DNA of 64,000 bases from Octopus sinensis (Eukaryota): contig NC_042997.1 of assembly GCF_006345805.1 (NCBI RefSeq), positions 33,790,001 to 33,854,000 on the forward strand, read 5' to 3'. Position 1 is the stretch's first letter, and every line of letters starts with the position of its first letter. Positions 10,270 to 23,115 of the stretch are shown piece after piece. The notes under the pieces were generated by a model, which did no database searches, had not been told where the DNA came from, and saw only the letters and a list, made by a program, of their open reading frames with translations. The position numbers and the translations under genes are program-made.

Positions 10270-11612
10270 AATGAATTATTTTTCTAATCTGTAATTTTTT
10301 CCAATGCCTGTTGCTGTACATAGTCGTGTACAATATTTTTAGTTTATATGTCTGGAACGAAAAAAGATCAAATTTCAGAAAAAATGAACAAATTAGAGTT
10401 TGCTTATGCCAGACATGGTCAAAGACTTTTCTACTGTTTGAGTTAAAAATATTGGTTTATTGAAAGTTCTCAAAGGTGAGAGACCACTGCTGTATACAAG
10501 AATAGGTTTACAAGAATAAGTTTACAAGAATAAGGTTATGATGGGAATGTGGTTAAGGAAGAATGCTGTCTGGTGCAGAAAGCTCAAAATAGCAAATTAT
10601 CCAGCTTCAGCACCAACGACATTTGTTTGGAAGGAGTGTGAGCTAATGGGAGCTGTGTATATTGAAGTCATCAAGTATAGTAACTTTGAGACCCAAGACA
10701 AAGAGAGAGAGAGTGAGAGAGAGAGAGAAATCCTTTAAAAGTCACGTAACCTGTGATCTCCTTGAGATGATGTGCCTTTATTCAAAATTTCAATGAACAT
10801 GTCTTGGATTGGAAGATGATGCCTTTATACTCTCCTATGAAAATTCCACAACAAACACATGACTTCTGTCAAGGAAGTCATCAGGGTTCATTTGTTAACC
10901 TTTTGGTGCAGAAAGAAGAAGAGTAATAATAATTCATCTAAATATATTTGGCCATTTAGTCTAATAAACTATCTTACTACAGTTTCCTTTCTGTATTTTC
11001 TGAGTTAAGGGGTTAACTTTACCTTCCACTCTCTCCAGGATTGGTGAAATAAATTGCATTAAGTGTCCTGATGTCAATTCTTTTGATCACACCCTGTCCC
11101 TTACATACTTGTAGACCAATGCTGCCTATGTAAGAAATCGATATGATATTGTTTGTTTAAGTGATTGTCATCCATATAATGTTATATAATAAGTCAGCAC
11201 GTTAAAGGTTAACAAGAAATTTCAGTAATGATGAGGTCACGAACAAACCATGCACAGACCAAGATTTTAGTTGCCACAACAGGAATTTAGTTACTTTGTG
11301 TGTGCATGTGTATGCATGCATGTATGTGTGTGTGTGTGTGCTGATATGTGCAAGTAGGAATATTTAAGGATGGGCTAATTCAATTGAATGTATTAAGAGA
11401 CAAGAATATCATAGATGTTATCAAAAGTGACAGTTCTAAATTGACAAGGTAGAAGGAGGTTATAAGATATGATTAACAAGTGTTTAATAAAGTCGATATA
11501 TGTAAATGTCAAGAAGGAATTTTAGTGGCTAAAAGTTCAAGTTAAATTGAAAGCTTCTGTAAAGAATAACTGGAATTGGTGGATCACAGTTTCAATTCTT
11601 GTTAGATTATAA

Positions 11613-12015
11613 GCAGGAGTGGCTGTGTGGTAAGTAGCTTGCTAACCAACCACATGGTTCCGGGTTCAGTCCCACTGCGCGGCATCTTGGGCAAGTGTCC
11701 TCTGCTATAGCCCCGGGCCGATCAATGCCTTGTGAGTGGATTTGGTAGACGGAAACTGAAAGAAGCCCATCGTATATATGTATATATATATATGTGTGTG
11801 TATGTTTGTGTGTCTGTGTTTGTCCCCCTAGCATTGCTTGACAACCGATGTTGGTGTGTTTATGTCCCCGTCACTTAGAGGTTCGGCAAAAGAGACCGAT
11901 AGAATAAGTACTGGGCTTACAAAGAATAAGTCCCGGGGTCGATTTGCTCGACTAAAGGCGGTGCTCCAGCATGGCCGCAGTCAAATGACTGAAACAAGGA
12001 AAAGAGGAAAGAGGA
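11613..12015 (+). mobile_element. SINE-A
   Basis: Full head-to-tail match to the family. Confidence 0.9.
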
Positions 12016-12245
12016 AGAGGACCAATATACACCTTTTATAATTCTGATTGGACTGGCATTTGTGGTTCAAGTTTGACTGTCAGAACCAATGTGAAATACC
12101 ACAAAGAAAAGCTTTTCGTATATGTAAGCATTCAGGTCTCATTGTAATGTAATTTGTTGGCTAAAATCTCAAGTCAAAAGTGGAAGCAAGTGCATGTCAA
12201 AGTGGATATTGTGATTTAGAGGTGTTGTTAAATCTTCACTGTTTG

Positions 12246-12560
12246 CTATCATCATCATCATTGTTCGACCGTGGTCGAGACAATGGAATTTACCATGCTA
12301 TGCCAAACTTCACGGTCCATCTTGGCATTACGGAGGTCCTGTTGCTGGATGCTTGTATCCCTGGAGATTACATCAGGGTAGGAGGGTGTGCGCCCTCTGG
12401 TATTGCGAGTAGATGGCTTCCAGAGGAGAAGAGTAGAAATTACTTCTTTTTCAGCTCTACAACAATGTCCAGCAAACTGGACTCTCCTACCTTTCACAAT
12501 AGATGACACAGGTGGTAGTTTCCCATATATTTGCATTTTGGTTGGATGGCGCCTCCACGA
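12246..12560 (-). pseudogene. RTE-type LINE 3' end with a (GAT)n tail
   Basis: IYGKLPPVSSIVKGRRVQFAGHCCRAEKEVISTLLLWKPSTRNTRGRTPSYPDVISRDT...DREVW...STTVEQ* followed by tgatgatgat. Confidence 0.85.
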
Positions 12561-12734
12561 GAGATTTTGAGCTCTCATAAGATTTTGAGCTCTATACCCT
12601 AGCCTATCTTTTTCAATATGTATGCATATGTGTATGTTTACCTGCACGTATGTGTATATCTGTCTGTCTATCTGTCTAAGCAACTACTCTACCAACACAT
12701 GCAATTTGAACGACCTGTGCCATAACCTATGTTA

Positions 12735-13143
12735 TACTCTTTACTCTTTTACTTGTTTCAGTCATTTGACTGCGGCCATGCTGGAGCACCGCCTTTAGTC
12801 GAGCAAATCGACCCTGGGACTTATTCTTTGTAAGCCCAGTACTTATTCTATCGGTCTCTTTTGCTGAACCGCTAAGTGACGGGGACGTAAACACACCAGC
12901 ATCAGTTGTCAAGCAATGCTAGGGGGACAAACACAGACACGCAAACACATATACACACATACATATATATACATATATACGACAGGCTTCTTTCAGTTTC
13001 CGTCTACCAAATCCACTCACAAGGCATTGGTCGGCCCGGGGCTATAGCAGAAGACACTTGCCCAAGATGCCACGCAGTGGGACTGAACCCGGAACCATGT
13101 GGCTGGTTAGCAAGCTACTTACCACACAGCCACTCCTGCGCCT
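12735..13143 (-). mobile_element. SINE-A
   Basis: Full match to the family. Confidence 0.9.
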
Positions 13144-13324
13144 CTCCCATGTTACGTCCACTTTTGCACTACTTTCTGAAACCTCCACCTCTCTCTCTCA
13201 CGCAAGCAAGGTCGTATGTACATCCTGTAGCCCTGTGCTGATAAAGACCAGTGGAATAATAAAAAAAAAAACTTTCTTCATTGAAAAACAGGTGAGGGTT
13301 GGTGACAGGAAAAGCATCTGACCA

Positions 13325-13512
13325 TAAAAATACTGTTTTATGTTCACAGTGGCCTGATCTGGCCTCTCACGCCTACTTTACAATGTCATTCTGAAAATAA
13401 ATAGTTACATCATTGAAATATCAAAGCTATGAGATAATGCATAATTAATTCAAAACAATGTGAATAAATAAGCAATAATACATCTGAGAAAGAAATCTGA
13501 CTGCTAAAGGGT
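13325..13512. mobile_element. TTAA-type MITE fragment
   Basis: Shares cctactttacaatgtcattct...agctatgagataatgcataattaa...aaagggttga with 63365-63592 and 34381. Confidence 0.6.
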
Positions 13513-13574
13513 TGATATGTGTTCATCCAATCCATGCCAGCAGAGAAAAATGGTCCTGAAATGAATGAATGAAA

Positions 13575-13655
<81 letters not shown>

Positions 13656-13658
<3 letters not shown>

Positions 13659-13790
13659 TACAAATAAAAGTCAGAAGATGGAATATACGAGAATATATTA
13701 TTAATCACAACAATTGTTTCGACACATCCAGCATCGACTCCTCTTGCGGGACACACAAAAACTGGTACAGCAGCATCCAGAATGACACAC
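13656..13790 (-). mobile_element. Penelope-like pLTR relic next to (TA)n
   Basis: Minus strand gtcGAAAC-AATT-GTT (palindromic minimal stem III); the CUGANGA half is not recognisable. Confidence 0.4.
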
Positions 13791-13829
13791 ACACATATAT
13801 ATATATATATATCAATGTCATTATTCAGT

Positions 13830-14278
13830 TTTATGTGAAGATTTCTTGCCAATAGAGAAAGAGCTGGTTTCTAACCTAGACCCAAGGCTCCTTCATTGGA
13901 ATTTTAACATAGCATTTTTCTATGTATGTATGTGTGTGTGTGTGCAGATTTGTATGTTTTTGTTTTATGTATGTATTCTCATGCATATAGTTGCATGTCT
14001 AGACATGCATATATATACTTAAATGATAAGCTTCTGGAAAGTTTTACAGATTTTTACAGTTCCACTGATGGCTTGAATTTGTAGTCTTCAAATCAGCTTT
14101 TATCCTTTCCGGTTTTGAGAAGCCAAATTTCTCAAGATTGGGCCTTATGCAGTGTCTTACATATCTCAGTGCTCCAATAATTACAGGTATAAACCTGAAC
14201 TTGTAATCTGGATAGATTAATTGCAGATTTCTCAATAGTTCAGCATAGGTATTTTCTTTCTCACTGATTTTGAGCTTT
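13830..14278 (-). pseudogene. R4/Dong-like LINE 3' end (post-REL C-terminus plus 3' UTR)
   Basis: LKISEKENTYAELLRNLQLIYPDYKFRFIPVIIGALRYVRHC...LEKFGFS matches the K---Y--L---l--l------v-PVIIGALG pattern of REL-type LINE C-termini. Confidence 0.75.
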
Positions 14279-14322
14279 ATGTATGTATGTTTGTCTCTTT
14301 GTATGTATGTATGTATGTATAT

Positions 14323-14726
14323 ATCTTTATATATAAAAGAGAGGTTGTGTGCTGTCTGTCTCCTACAATTTAGATTCCTAACTACTCCCACATTTTGCGG
14401 TGCAGTTTAACCAAAACCGGGTATCTTATGGTCGTGATTCATATCGAGCCCTTCTGGGTATTAGTGCGCATCTACGATGAGTCTATGATTTTAAAAATAA
14501 CTTACCATAATTTTTTTCCATTTTAATGCATTTTTTTCGCTATTATATAAGGGAAGTAACTCTCTAAAAATGTCTACGATGAGTCAACAATTTAAAAAAA
14601 ATTTACCATAATTTTTTTTCCATTTTGAATGCATTTTTTTTGCTATTTTTTGGCTATAACTCTCTAAAACTGCTTATATAGTTATTTCCCTTACAAACTC
14701 GAGCAACACCGGGCGATACTGCTAGT
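14323..14726 (-). mobile_element. Non-autonomous Helitron-type element
   Basis: Reverse-complement homolog of 6438-6832. Confidence 0.75.
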
Positions 14727-14779
14727 ATATATTTATATATATATGTTTGTATAAGTTGTTTGAAGTGATGTTCAGATTT

Positions 14780-15280
14780 TATATATTAAGAAAAGAAACT
14801 AGTCGGGTTTGGATAAGAACTATTTATTTAGTGTTTTTGTCCCTTTGAAGGATTCATCATGAATGATTATAGAAAATTCATACCTTTTATATATTTGTGA
14901 GTTAGTTGAATACAAATCCGGAGTTGGATTTGTTTTCTTAGGTTTTAGAAGGAGGAAGTTTTTTTGAGATACTCTTTGTAATTTTGAATCTAGATATATG
15001 TGTGTATATATGTGTGTGTAAGCATGTGTGTGTTGTGAGTTTTTAAACTCACACATACCTCTATATTCAAAATGACAAAGAGCATCTCAAATAACCACTC
15101 CCAAACCAGCATCTTTCCCAAACCCTAGAAAACAAATTCAACTCCAGATGTTTTTCAACTCACTTACGTATCATATATATAAAAGGTATGAATCTTCTAT
15201 TCATGATAAATCCCTAAAAGGAATGAAAACACGAAATACATAGTTTTCATCCAAATTTTGATTATCTTTTTTTCTTTATA
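14780..15280. repeat. Old foldback (~200-bp arms, ~75% identity) with hammerhead relics in both arms
   Basis: Arms ~14780-14990 and ~15066-15280; two-arm consensus TGATGA-ATCCCT-caa-AGGGAT-GAAAAC. Confidence 0.55.
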
Positions 15281-15285
15281 TATAT

Positions 15286-15331
<46 letters not shown>

Positions 15332-15847
15332 CATTATCAATTAAACTCCACCTTCCATTGGCATAGGTTGGTCTATCTATATATATGTATATATATAAAT
15401 AAATAAATATATATACATACATAAATATATTTATATATACATATATATATGTATATAAATATACATATGCATATATATATATATATACACACACACATAT
15501 GCATATATAAATCAAGGAAAGGAGTTAAAAAATTCAAAGGCCGATGTATATATTCATTTGAACCATATTAATAAAGTTCTCCATGGTATACAAAGTGCAT
15601 ACATTAGATGCATTCATCTATATGGTATATAAAAATTTCTAAGAATTTATAAGTACATATACACAAAAATTTAGAAATCTATAAAAATTCATACACATAA
15701 AAATTCATAAATGTAAATATAAAAAAAAGTGTGAGTCCTTAAATATACTTGCAAAGTCTGAACGAAAAGGATGATGAAGTGGATGCAAGCTGATTCGTAA
15801 AGAGTCTGGAACATGTATAAAGTCTATGTATAAAGTTTTACATATGC

Positions 15848-15885
<38 letters not shown>

Positions 15886-15909
15886 TTATACATATACATA
15901 TGCATAGAA

Positions 15910-15947
<38 letters not shown>

Positions 15948-16079
15948 TTATACATATACATATGCATAGAAATATTAAAAAAAATATATATATGTATATA
16001 CATATGTGTATATATGTATATATATATGTATATATATATGTATACATATGTATATATATATGTATATATATATGTATAC

Positions 16080-16120
<41 letters not shown>

Positions 16121-16194
16121 TATACATATGTATACATATGTGTGTGTGTATATATATATATACATACATTCATATGTATACACATACACACATA
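15276..16194. repeat. (TA)n/(TATG)n low-complexity block with short non-microsatellite inserts
   Basis: Direct inspection; source of the poly-YI ORFs. Confidence 0.9.
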
Positions 16195-16444
16195 TACTAG
16201 CAGCTAAACCTGGTTTCAACCGGTTGGTTTAGATGATGTGGCTGTAAAAACCTGCTCTGTGTAAGCATTCAACTTGTTTGGGCACACTTACGTTAAAAAA
16301 CAATTTTAGAAAGACTGTTTTCTGTCAAAATTCTAACAAAAAAAAAAAAAACAACCAAGATTCTACCAAATGAAAAAATAAATCCAAATACTAAGCGAAC
16401 AAAGATGAACCATCTTACTACCATTGCACATACCCACAAACACA

Positions 16445-16475
<31 letters not shown>

Positions 16476-16658
16476 TCACATACCCCCCTTTTACATACAC
16501 ACATATATTCGCAGAGTTGAAACACTGTTTGATTTCTTTCTTTCAGTGTACAATTTTCATCATCCCACTACCAAGTATAAGATCACCCCTTCCTGCTTTA
16601 TTCATCTATCACCGCTTGCTTTCTCATTCATAAACACAAGAGTATTATTATAGTAGAT
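16195..16658 (+). mobile_element. Non-autonomous Helitron-type element, second family
   Basis: 5' tactagcagctaaacctggtttcaaccggtt (hairpin); 3' catcccactaccaag...tattattatagtagat shared with 60471-60887. Confidence 0.65.
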
Positions 16659-16804
16659 TATCTCAGTAACCATAGGAGCTATGAAAAAATAGAAAGCCCA
16701 GCATCACCACCGGATCATTCTACACATCTGTAATTTTTTGCGCAATTCCACCCAACCGTTTGACCGTGAATCCCAAGCCAAGAAAGAATCGCCCATGTTA
16801 AATT

Positions 16805-17045
16805 TATATCTATAGATATATACATATATATAAATATACATATATATGTATATATATTAGTATATAAATATATATGTATATATATGTAGATAAATTTATG
16901 TATATATAAGAATATGCATATGTAGATAAATATATGTATATATAAGAATATGCATATGTATATAAATATATATATATATATAATATATATATATATATAT
17001 AATATATATATATATATGTATATAAAGATATATGTATATATATGT
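16805..17045. repeat. (TA)n-rich microsatellite
   Basis: Direct inspection. Confidence 0.9.
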
Positions 17046-17050
17046 GAGAA

Positions 17051-17466
17051 TCAGAATTGAAATCGATCAATGGAAATTGCAGCTGAGTTACCAGTGCCGG
17101 TGGCACGTAAGAGAACCATCCGAACGTGGCCGTTGCCAGTGCCGCCCCGACTGGCCTCGTGCCAGTGGCACATAAAAAGCACTATCTGATCGTGGCCGTT
17201 TGCCAGACTTGTCTGGTACCTGTGCTGGTGGCACATAAAAAGCACCATCCGATTGTGGCCGTTTGCCAGACTCGTCTGGTACCTGTGCCGGTGGCACGTA
17301 AAAAGCACCCACTACACTCATGGAGTGGTTGGCGTTAGGAAGGGCATCCAGCCGTAGAAACATTGCCAGATCAAACTGGGCCTGGTGCAGCCTCCTGGCT
17401 TCCCAGACCCCAGTCAAACCGTCCAACCCATGCTAGCATGGAAAGCGGACGCTAAACGATGATGAT
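17051..17466 (+). mobile_element. Family D with its non-tRNA 5' head
   Basis: Head aaatcgatcaatggaaattgcag is shared with 59420-59380 (minus); three to four variant units; (GAT)n tail. Confidence 0.85.
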
Positions 17467-18096
17467 ATAAAATAGAAGTTTGAAAACCATTATAATGCAA
17501 TTTTTAATGTATGAGAACCTTGTCAAATAGAAGGATCAAAACATTACATAAGAAAATATATAAACAATTGTTTTGTTTATTTAAAAGTCCCTTTGTCACA
17601 TCTTTGAAATTTCTGTTGGATTTTATACATTCCTACTTGGAAAATATCTGACAAAATGATGTAAGAAAAAACTATGAGCAACATTGTGTGTTCTTCACTT
17701 CATACAACTTTGACAGCCAGATTCTATCCATTATGATAGACTGAGAGGTGTAGTCATAGGAGAAAGGCTTACTAAGAGTGAGATAGAAAGAGAGAGAGAA
17801 AGAGAGAGAGAGGAATTGGTATTTGTATTTGATTGGTATTTTATTTTATTGACCTGAAAAGGATGAAAGGTGTAGCTACCTTTAGTGGGTTTTGAACTCA
17901 AACTGCAAAGAGCCATAACAAATATTACAAGGTATTTATCCAAATACTCTAGCATATCTGTCAGTTGATTACCACATAGATGTGTGCATGTGCTTGCACG
18001 TTCACACACACACACACACACACACTCTCGGTAACAAGAAATGTATGCATTTCACAGGCTATATCATAATCAGTCTTAAGATATTTTTCATCACAA

Positions 18097-18350
18097 GTGC
18101 TTAACAAATTCTGTTGTGTCTGGGGAGAGTCATTTTCTTTTTGTGCCTTAAGATTTAACACACTTACTGGTAAAATTTCCATTTATTTCTTATTTTTATT
18201 TTCCTAAAATTTTCGTTGCTTCTTGCAACCTTTTCAATTGTCTTGACTCTTGAAAATAAGAATTAAGTGGAAACCGGTGAGAGTTTTAAATCTTAAGGCA
18301 CAAAAAGAAAATGTCTCTCCCCAGACTCAACAGAATATGCTTCAACACAC
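18097..18350. repeat. Foldback or MITE-like element with ~100-bp imperfect inverted arms
   Basis: ttctgttgtgtctggggagagtcattttctttttgtgccttaagattta versus taaatcttaaggcacaaaaagaaaatgtctctccccagactcaacagaa. Confidence 0.7.
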
Positions 18351-18439
18351 AAACTCTTGTAAAGAATCTTGCAAACCAAATCCAAAAACGAAATATGTTT
18401 AATAAATATTTATAAAATAATAAATCATATGGAGTTGTA

Positions 18440-20990
18440 ATAAAAGTTTGTTGAGTGAAAGAATAGTTGGATCAACCCTGGCGTTGCTGGCACTCTAGGT
18501 AAGATGAACTTCAGCACCCATACAAACATATACATCGAAAATTTTAACAAGCAATAATGCCTGTAACATTTTGTTGTAAAATCCTGCCTCAAATATATCC
18601 CTTTTGATCCATACTAGCATGGAAAAACCAACATCAAATGCATAATGCTTGAAACAACTACCATTAGTTGCCATGACATTCAGACAGCCCTGCTCTTGCT
18701 GTTGCCAATCCTTGCCTGTTTTTTGCATAAAGGGTCTTTACTCCCGAGGTCTTTGAAAGCAGAGAGAGACAGGTTGTAATGTCAGCAAGGAATGTAAATG
18801 TTTTCTCAAACAGTGACAAGGTGTGAAATATCAAAATTCACTCATGTTTTCCTTATTATATTTAATGATCTCCTTTTCATTCTAATTATTTTTCTAGACT
18901 CATTAAGATTAGTTTGTAATAATTCTCTAGTAATGTCGGGCCCTTTCCTCCCTGTGTGTACAGTCAATATATTCTGTCTGTATTAGCTATAGAGTATTTG
19001 ATTTAAGAATGATGTGAAAAGTTTTCTTGCTTACTATCTAGACTCTTCAGTTCATTTAACTTCCAGATTATTACATCAGTGCTGTATTTTATGATTGGAA
19101 TAGCTAATGTATTTATTATACTGATTATCTTATTTCTGACATAGAATTTTGATTTTAAAATTAGAATGACTCACCAGTAATATTAAAAATTGTTTTTCCT
19201 TGATTTTTGTATGTTATATCTTATCAGTTTCATCTACTCCTTAGTATTAGCATTAATGGTTATGTTCTAATTCACTGATTTCAGTATCTAAATTGAACTT
19301 GATCTTTTGACTTTTAGTTAATTTTTTCCTTCTTCTTAGATTAGTTTTAGTACACTTGTCCTGTCTTACTCCCATTTTTTGTATCACTGCTGAATCAATG
19401 TATAGTTCTTAATAAGTTCTGCAGCTGATGAGGAATCTATTAAATCATCCATATCAAATCATTGGTGATTTGATTCAACAGATTAGTTAAGAGTCAGAGC
19501 TAGACAGACTAGTAGTGGGGACAGTGAGTCTCCTTGGAAAATTCCTCTCTTTTGTGATAGCAATAATTTTTATCATCTTTTTTATATCTTGCAGTGTTAT
19601 TGATGTCTTGTATTTTCATATATTGTTGTTGATACACTGTGGGGCTGTTTTGTTTTAAGTGCATTGTCTTCAATATTCAGGATTATGCTATGTTGTTGAG
19701 GGCTTTTTTTGTTTTTGTTATCAAACCATGCTTGAATTTCTGTTTCTTTTTGTTATATTCAACAACTGCTGTGTTTATCAATACAGTTATTGATAAATAT
19801 AGCAAGTTAAAGTATGTCATGTAGATATATATATAATATTTGGATGAAATTTCCGTAATTGATAGAGAACAATGGTAGAACCAATAGACAGATAACCATG
19901 GTAGAAATGTAAAGAAATCAAAGAAGCAGTATATATAACAGCCTTCTAGAAACCTGATCAGTAACCATAGTGCTAATACCAAATTAGTGATGGAAAAAAA
20001 AAAATTATATTACCAATATAGGCACAGGAGTGGCTGTGTGGTAAGTAGCTTGTTTACCAACCACATGGTTCTGGGTTCAGTCCCACTGCTTGGCATCTTG
20101 GGCAAGTGTCTTCTACTATAGCCTCGGGCCGACCAAAGCCTTGTGAGTGGATTTGGTAGATGGAAACTGAAAGAAGCCCGTCGTACATATGTATATATAT
20201 ATGTTTGTATGTGTGTGTGCTTGTGTGTCTGTGTTTGTCCCCCTAGCATTGCTCGACAACCGATGCTGGTGTGTTTACGTCCCCGTAAATTAGCGGTTCG
20301 GCAAAAAGAGACCGATAGAATAAGTACTGGGCTTACAAAGAATAAGTCCCGGGGTCAAGTTGCTCGATTAAAGGCGGTGCTCCAGCATGGCCGCAGTCAA
20401 ATGACTGAAACAAGTAAAAGAATACAAGATATCATGTATGTTGTTTCTGCTCCTTTGTTAGAACATTATTATCTTCTAGGTAAACACCCAGCCTATTGTA
20501 GAATATAAAATGTCAGGAACTTTATATATATTGTTGGTCTTGTATTATTATTTTTGAAGATTAGTATTATTATCCCCTCTAGTCACCATTTAGATGTTGA
20601 TTCTAATCTTTGTCATAACTCATAGAATTCTGTTGCTATAATAAATTCATGGTTACTGGTACTCTAAACTAGAAATGGAAGTATTTATCAATTTAGCAAG
20701 TCTTCCAGTTGCTGGTCACCTTGATTATATTAGCAAATTCCTCTGATAATAATTTCTCTTGCCATACTTGTGATGTTACTGGAATAATTTCTCTCCCCCC
20801 CCCCTCCTTTCGCCAGTTGTATTCTTGTTGCATATTTTTGGTTTCCTGTCCTCTCTCTCTGTATGATTCAATTTTTCTCGTTAATGGTGAAGTTTTCTTT
20901 TTTCCATTGATGTCTTTGTAGAATTACCAACCACAATTATTTCAAATAAGTGATTCCGATGGAAGAAGTCCTCTAATTTTCAGCTTTCAA
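18440..20990 (-). pseudogene. Heavily decayed R4/Dong-clade LINE (RT through zinc knuckle), interrupted by SINE-A
   Basis: Collinear minus-strand motifs: KW*LEGIIILIFK (~20570), RNRNSSMV (~19735), RGIFQGDSLSPLLVCL (19548-19501), MDDL (19452-19441), QDKC (~19355), INTLAIPIIKYS--IW (~19100), LYTQGGKG (~18950), WIKRD...CMGAEVHL (~18610-18495). Confidence 0.8.
20021..20425 (+). mobile_element. SINE-A inserted in the R4/Dong relic
   Basis: Full family match. Confidence 0.9.
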
Positions 20991-21014
20991 AATTATTTTT
21001 AACATGATCAGATA

Positions 21015-21435
21015 GGCGCAGAAGTGGCTGTGTGGTAGGTAGCTTGTCTACCAACCACATGCTTCCGGGTTCAGTCCCACTGCGTGGCACCTTGGGCAAG
21101 TGTCTTCTACTATAACCTCGGGCCGACCAAAGCCTTGTGAGTGGATTTGGTAGATGGAAACTGAAAGAAGCCCGTCGTATATATGTATATATATATATAT
21201 GCGTGTGTGTGTTTGTGTGTCTGTGTTTGTCCCCTAGCATTGCTTGACAACCGATGCTGGTGTGTTTATGTCCCCGTTACTTAGCGGTTCGGCAAAATAG
21301 ACCGATAGAATAAGTACTGGGCTTACAAAAAAAAAAAATAAGTCCCGGGGTCGAGTTGCTCGATTAAAAGGCGGTGCTCCAGCATGGCCGCAGTCAAATG
21401 ACTGAAACAAGTAAAAGAGTAAAAGAGTAAAGAGT
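21015..21435 (+). mobile_element. SINE-A
   Basis: Full match; tail gtaaaagagtaaaagagtaaaagagt. Confidence 0.9.
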
Positions 21436-21637
21436 TGTTTACATTTTTTTCCGTATCTTTCTTTTTCTTAATTCTGTATTTTCTTAATATTTGCTTTGTT
21501 CTTTTTTTTATTATTATTATTAATTCTTAATATGAGACTATGTCCTTCTTATTTTATATGAGGCAACCTCTTTTTTGTTTCATGATGATGATGAAGATAA
21601 GGGTAGGCCTTTCCTACTTTTGTTCATCTATTGTATA

Positions 21638-21855
<218 letters not shown>

Positions 21856-22262
21856 CTCTTTACTCTTTTTACTCTTTTATTAGTTTCAGTCATTTGACTG
21901 CGGCCATGCTGGAGCACCGCCTTTAATCAAGCAACTCGACCCCGGGACTTATTCTTTTGTAAGCCCAGTACTTATTCTATCGGTCTCTTTTGCCGAACCG
22001 CTAAGTAACGGGGACATAAACACACCAGCATCGGTTGTCAAGCAATGCTAGGGTACAAACACAGACACACAAACACACACATGCATATATATATACATAC
22101 ATACATACGACGGGCTTCTTTCAGTTTCCGTCTACCAAATCCACTCACAAGGCTTTGGTTGGCCCGAGGCTATAGTAGAAGACACTTGCCCAAGGTGCCA
22201 CGCAGTGGGACTGAACCCGGAACCATGTGGTTGGTAAACAAGCTACTTACCACACAGCCACT
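21856..22262 (-). mobile_element. SINE-A
   Basis: Full match. Confidence 0.9.
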
Positions 22263-22549
22263 CATATATATATATATATGTATATATATATCTCTATATA
22301 TCTATCTATCTATATATCTATATATATATATATATATATGTATATATAAATATGTTAAGTTAAGTTAATTTTTTGGCTCAAAAAGCAAAAAGCAAGGCCA
22401 TGTAGTTATTTACAGGGTGGTGTTCATTCATGCAAAGAGTTCAGGCCATTTCTGGTCAAGAGAGACTTTGAACCGATCCTTTTCTTTGTATTTCTTTTAA
22501 GGGTTTCTGTGGTAGGTAATATACTCTGTTTGGCTTGAACTTATTTTCC

Positions 22550-22582
<33 letters not shown>

Positions 22583-22587
<5 letters not shown>

Positions 22588-22933
22588 ATATAAACGGCAG
22601 TTTGTCTGTCTGCATGTCTGTGTGTCTGTTAAGGTTGTACCCTCACCCTGACCACGGCTTTCAACTGATTCTGATGAAACTTGACACACACATAGCCCAA
22701 TGTCATAATTCAAAACTAACGCAGCGAAAATTTTGAAAAGTTCCCCCAGTTCTGAAAAAAAGAAACACAAACCACAGACTGTCTAGGGGACGCAACTCGA
22801 CCTTTTTAACTTTCCAAAAAAATTTACCATCATTTTTTTTCCATTTTTTTTGCTATTTTTTGGCTATAACTCTCTAAAAATGCTTTATAGTTATTTCCCT
22901 TACAAACCCGAGCAACGCCAGGCGATACTGCTA

Positions 22934-22935
<2 letters not shown>
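22583..22935 (-). mobile_element. Helitron-type element sharing its 5' ~140 bp with 6438 and 14726 but with a different 3' half
   Basis: tactagcagtatcgcctggcgttgctcgggtttgtaagggaaataac...; 3' end cagacagacaaactgccgtttatatagaga. Confidence 0.7.
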
Positions 22936-22967
<32 letters not shown>

Positions 22968-22977
22968 TATTGAGTAA

Positions 22978-23115
22978 ATTAGGTTATTTAATGTATAGAT
23001 ACTTGTATATGCTTCTGAAAAAAAAAAAAGAGTTAAGTCAAGTAAAACCAGGCCTTCCAGGTTTTTTTTTTTTTTCAGAAGCATATACAAGTATCTATAC
23101 ATTAAATAACCTAAT
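22978..23115. repeat. Perfect 52-bp inverted repeat with a 34-bp spacer
   Basis: attaggttatttaatgtatagatacttgtatatgcttctg(A)12 and (T)12cagaagcatatacaagtatctatacattaaataacctaat. Confidence 0.95.

Noticed and set aside
15276-17106. Poly-YI/IY ORFs (also 21540-21926 and 39986-40583)
   Set aside because: Translations of (TA)n microsatellites
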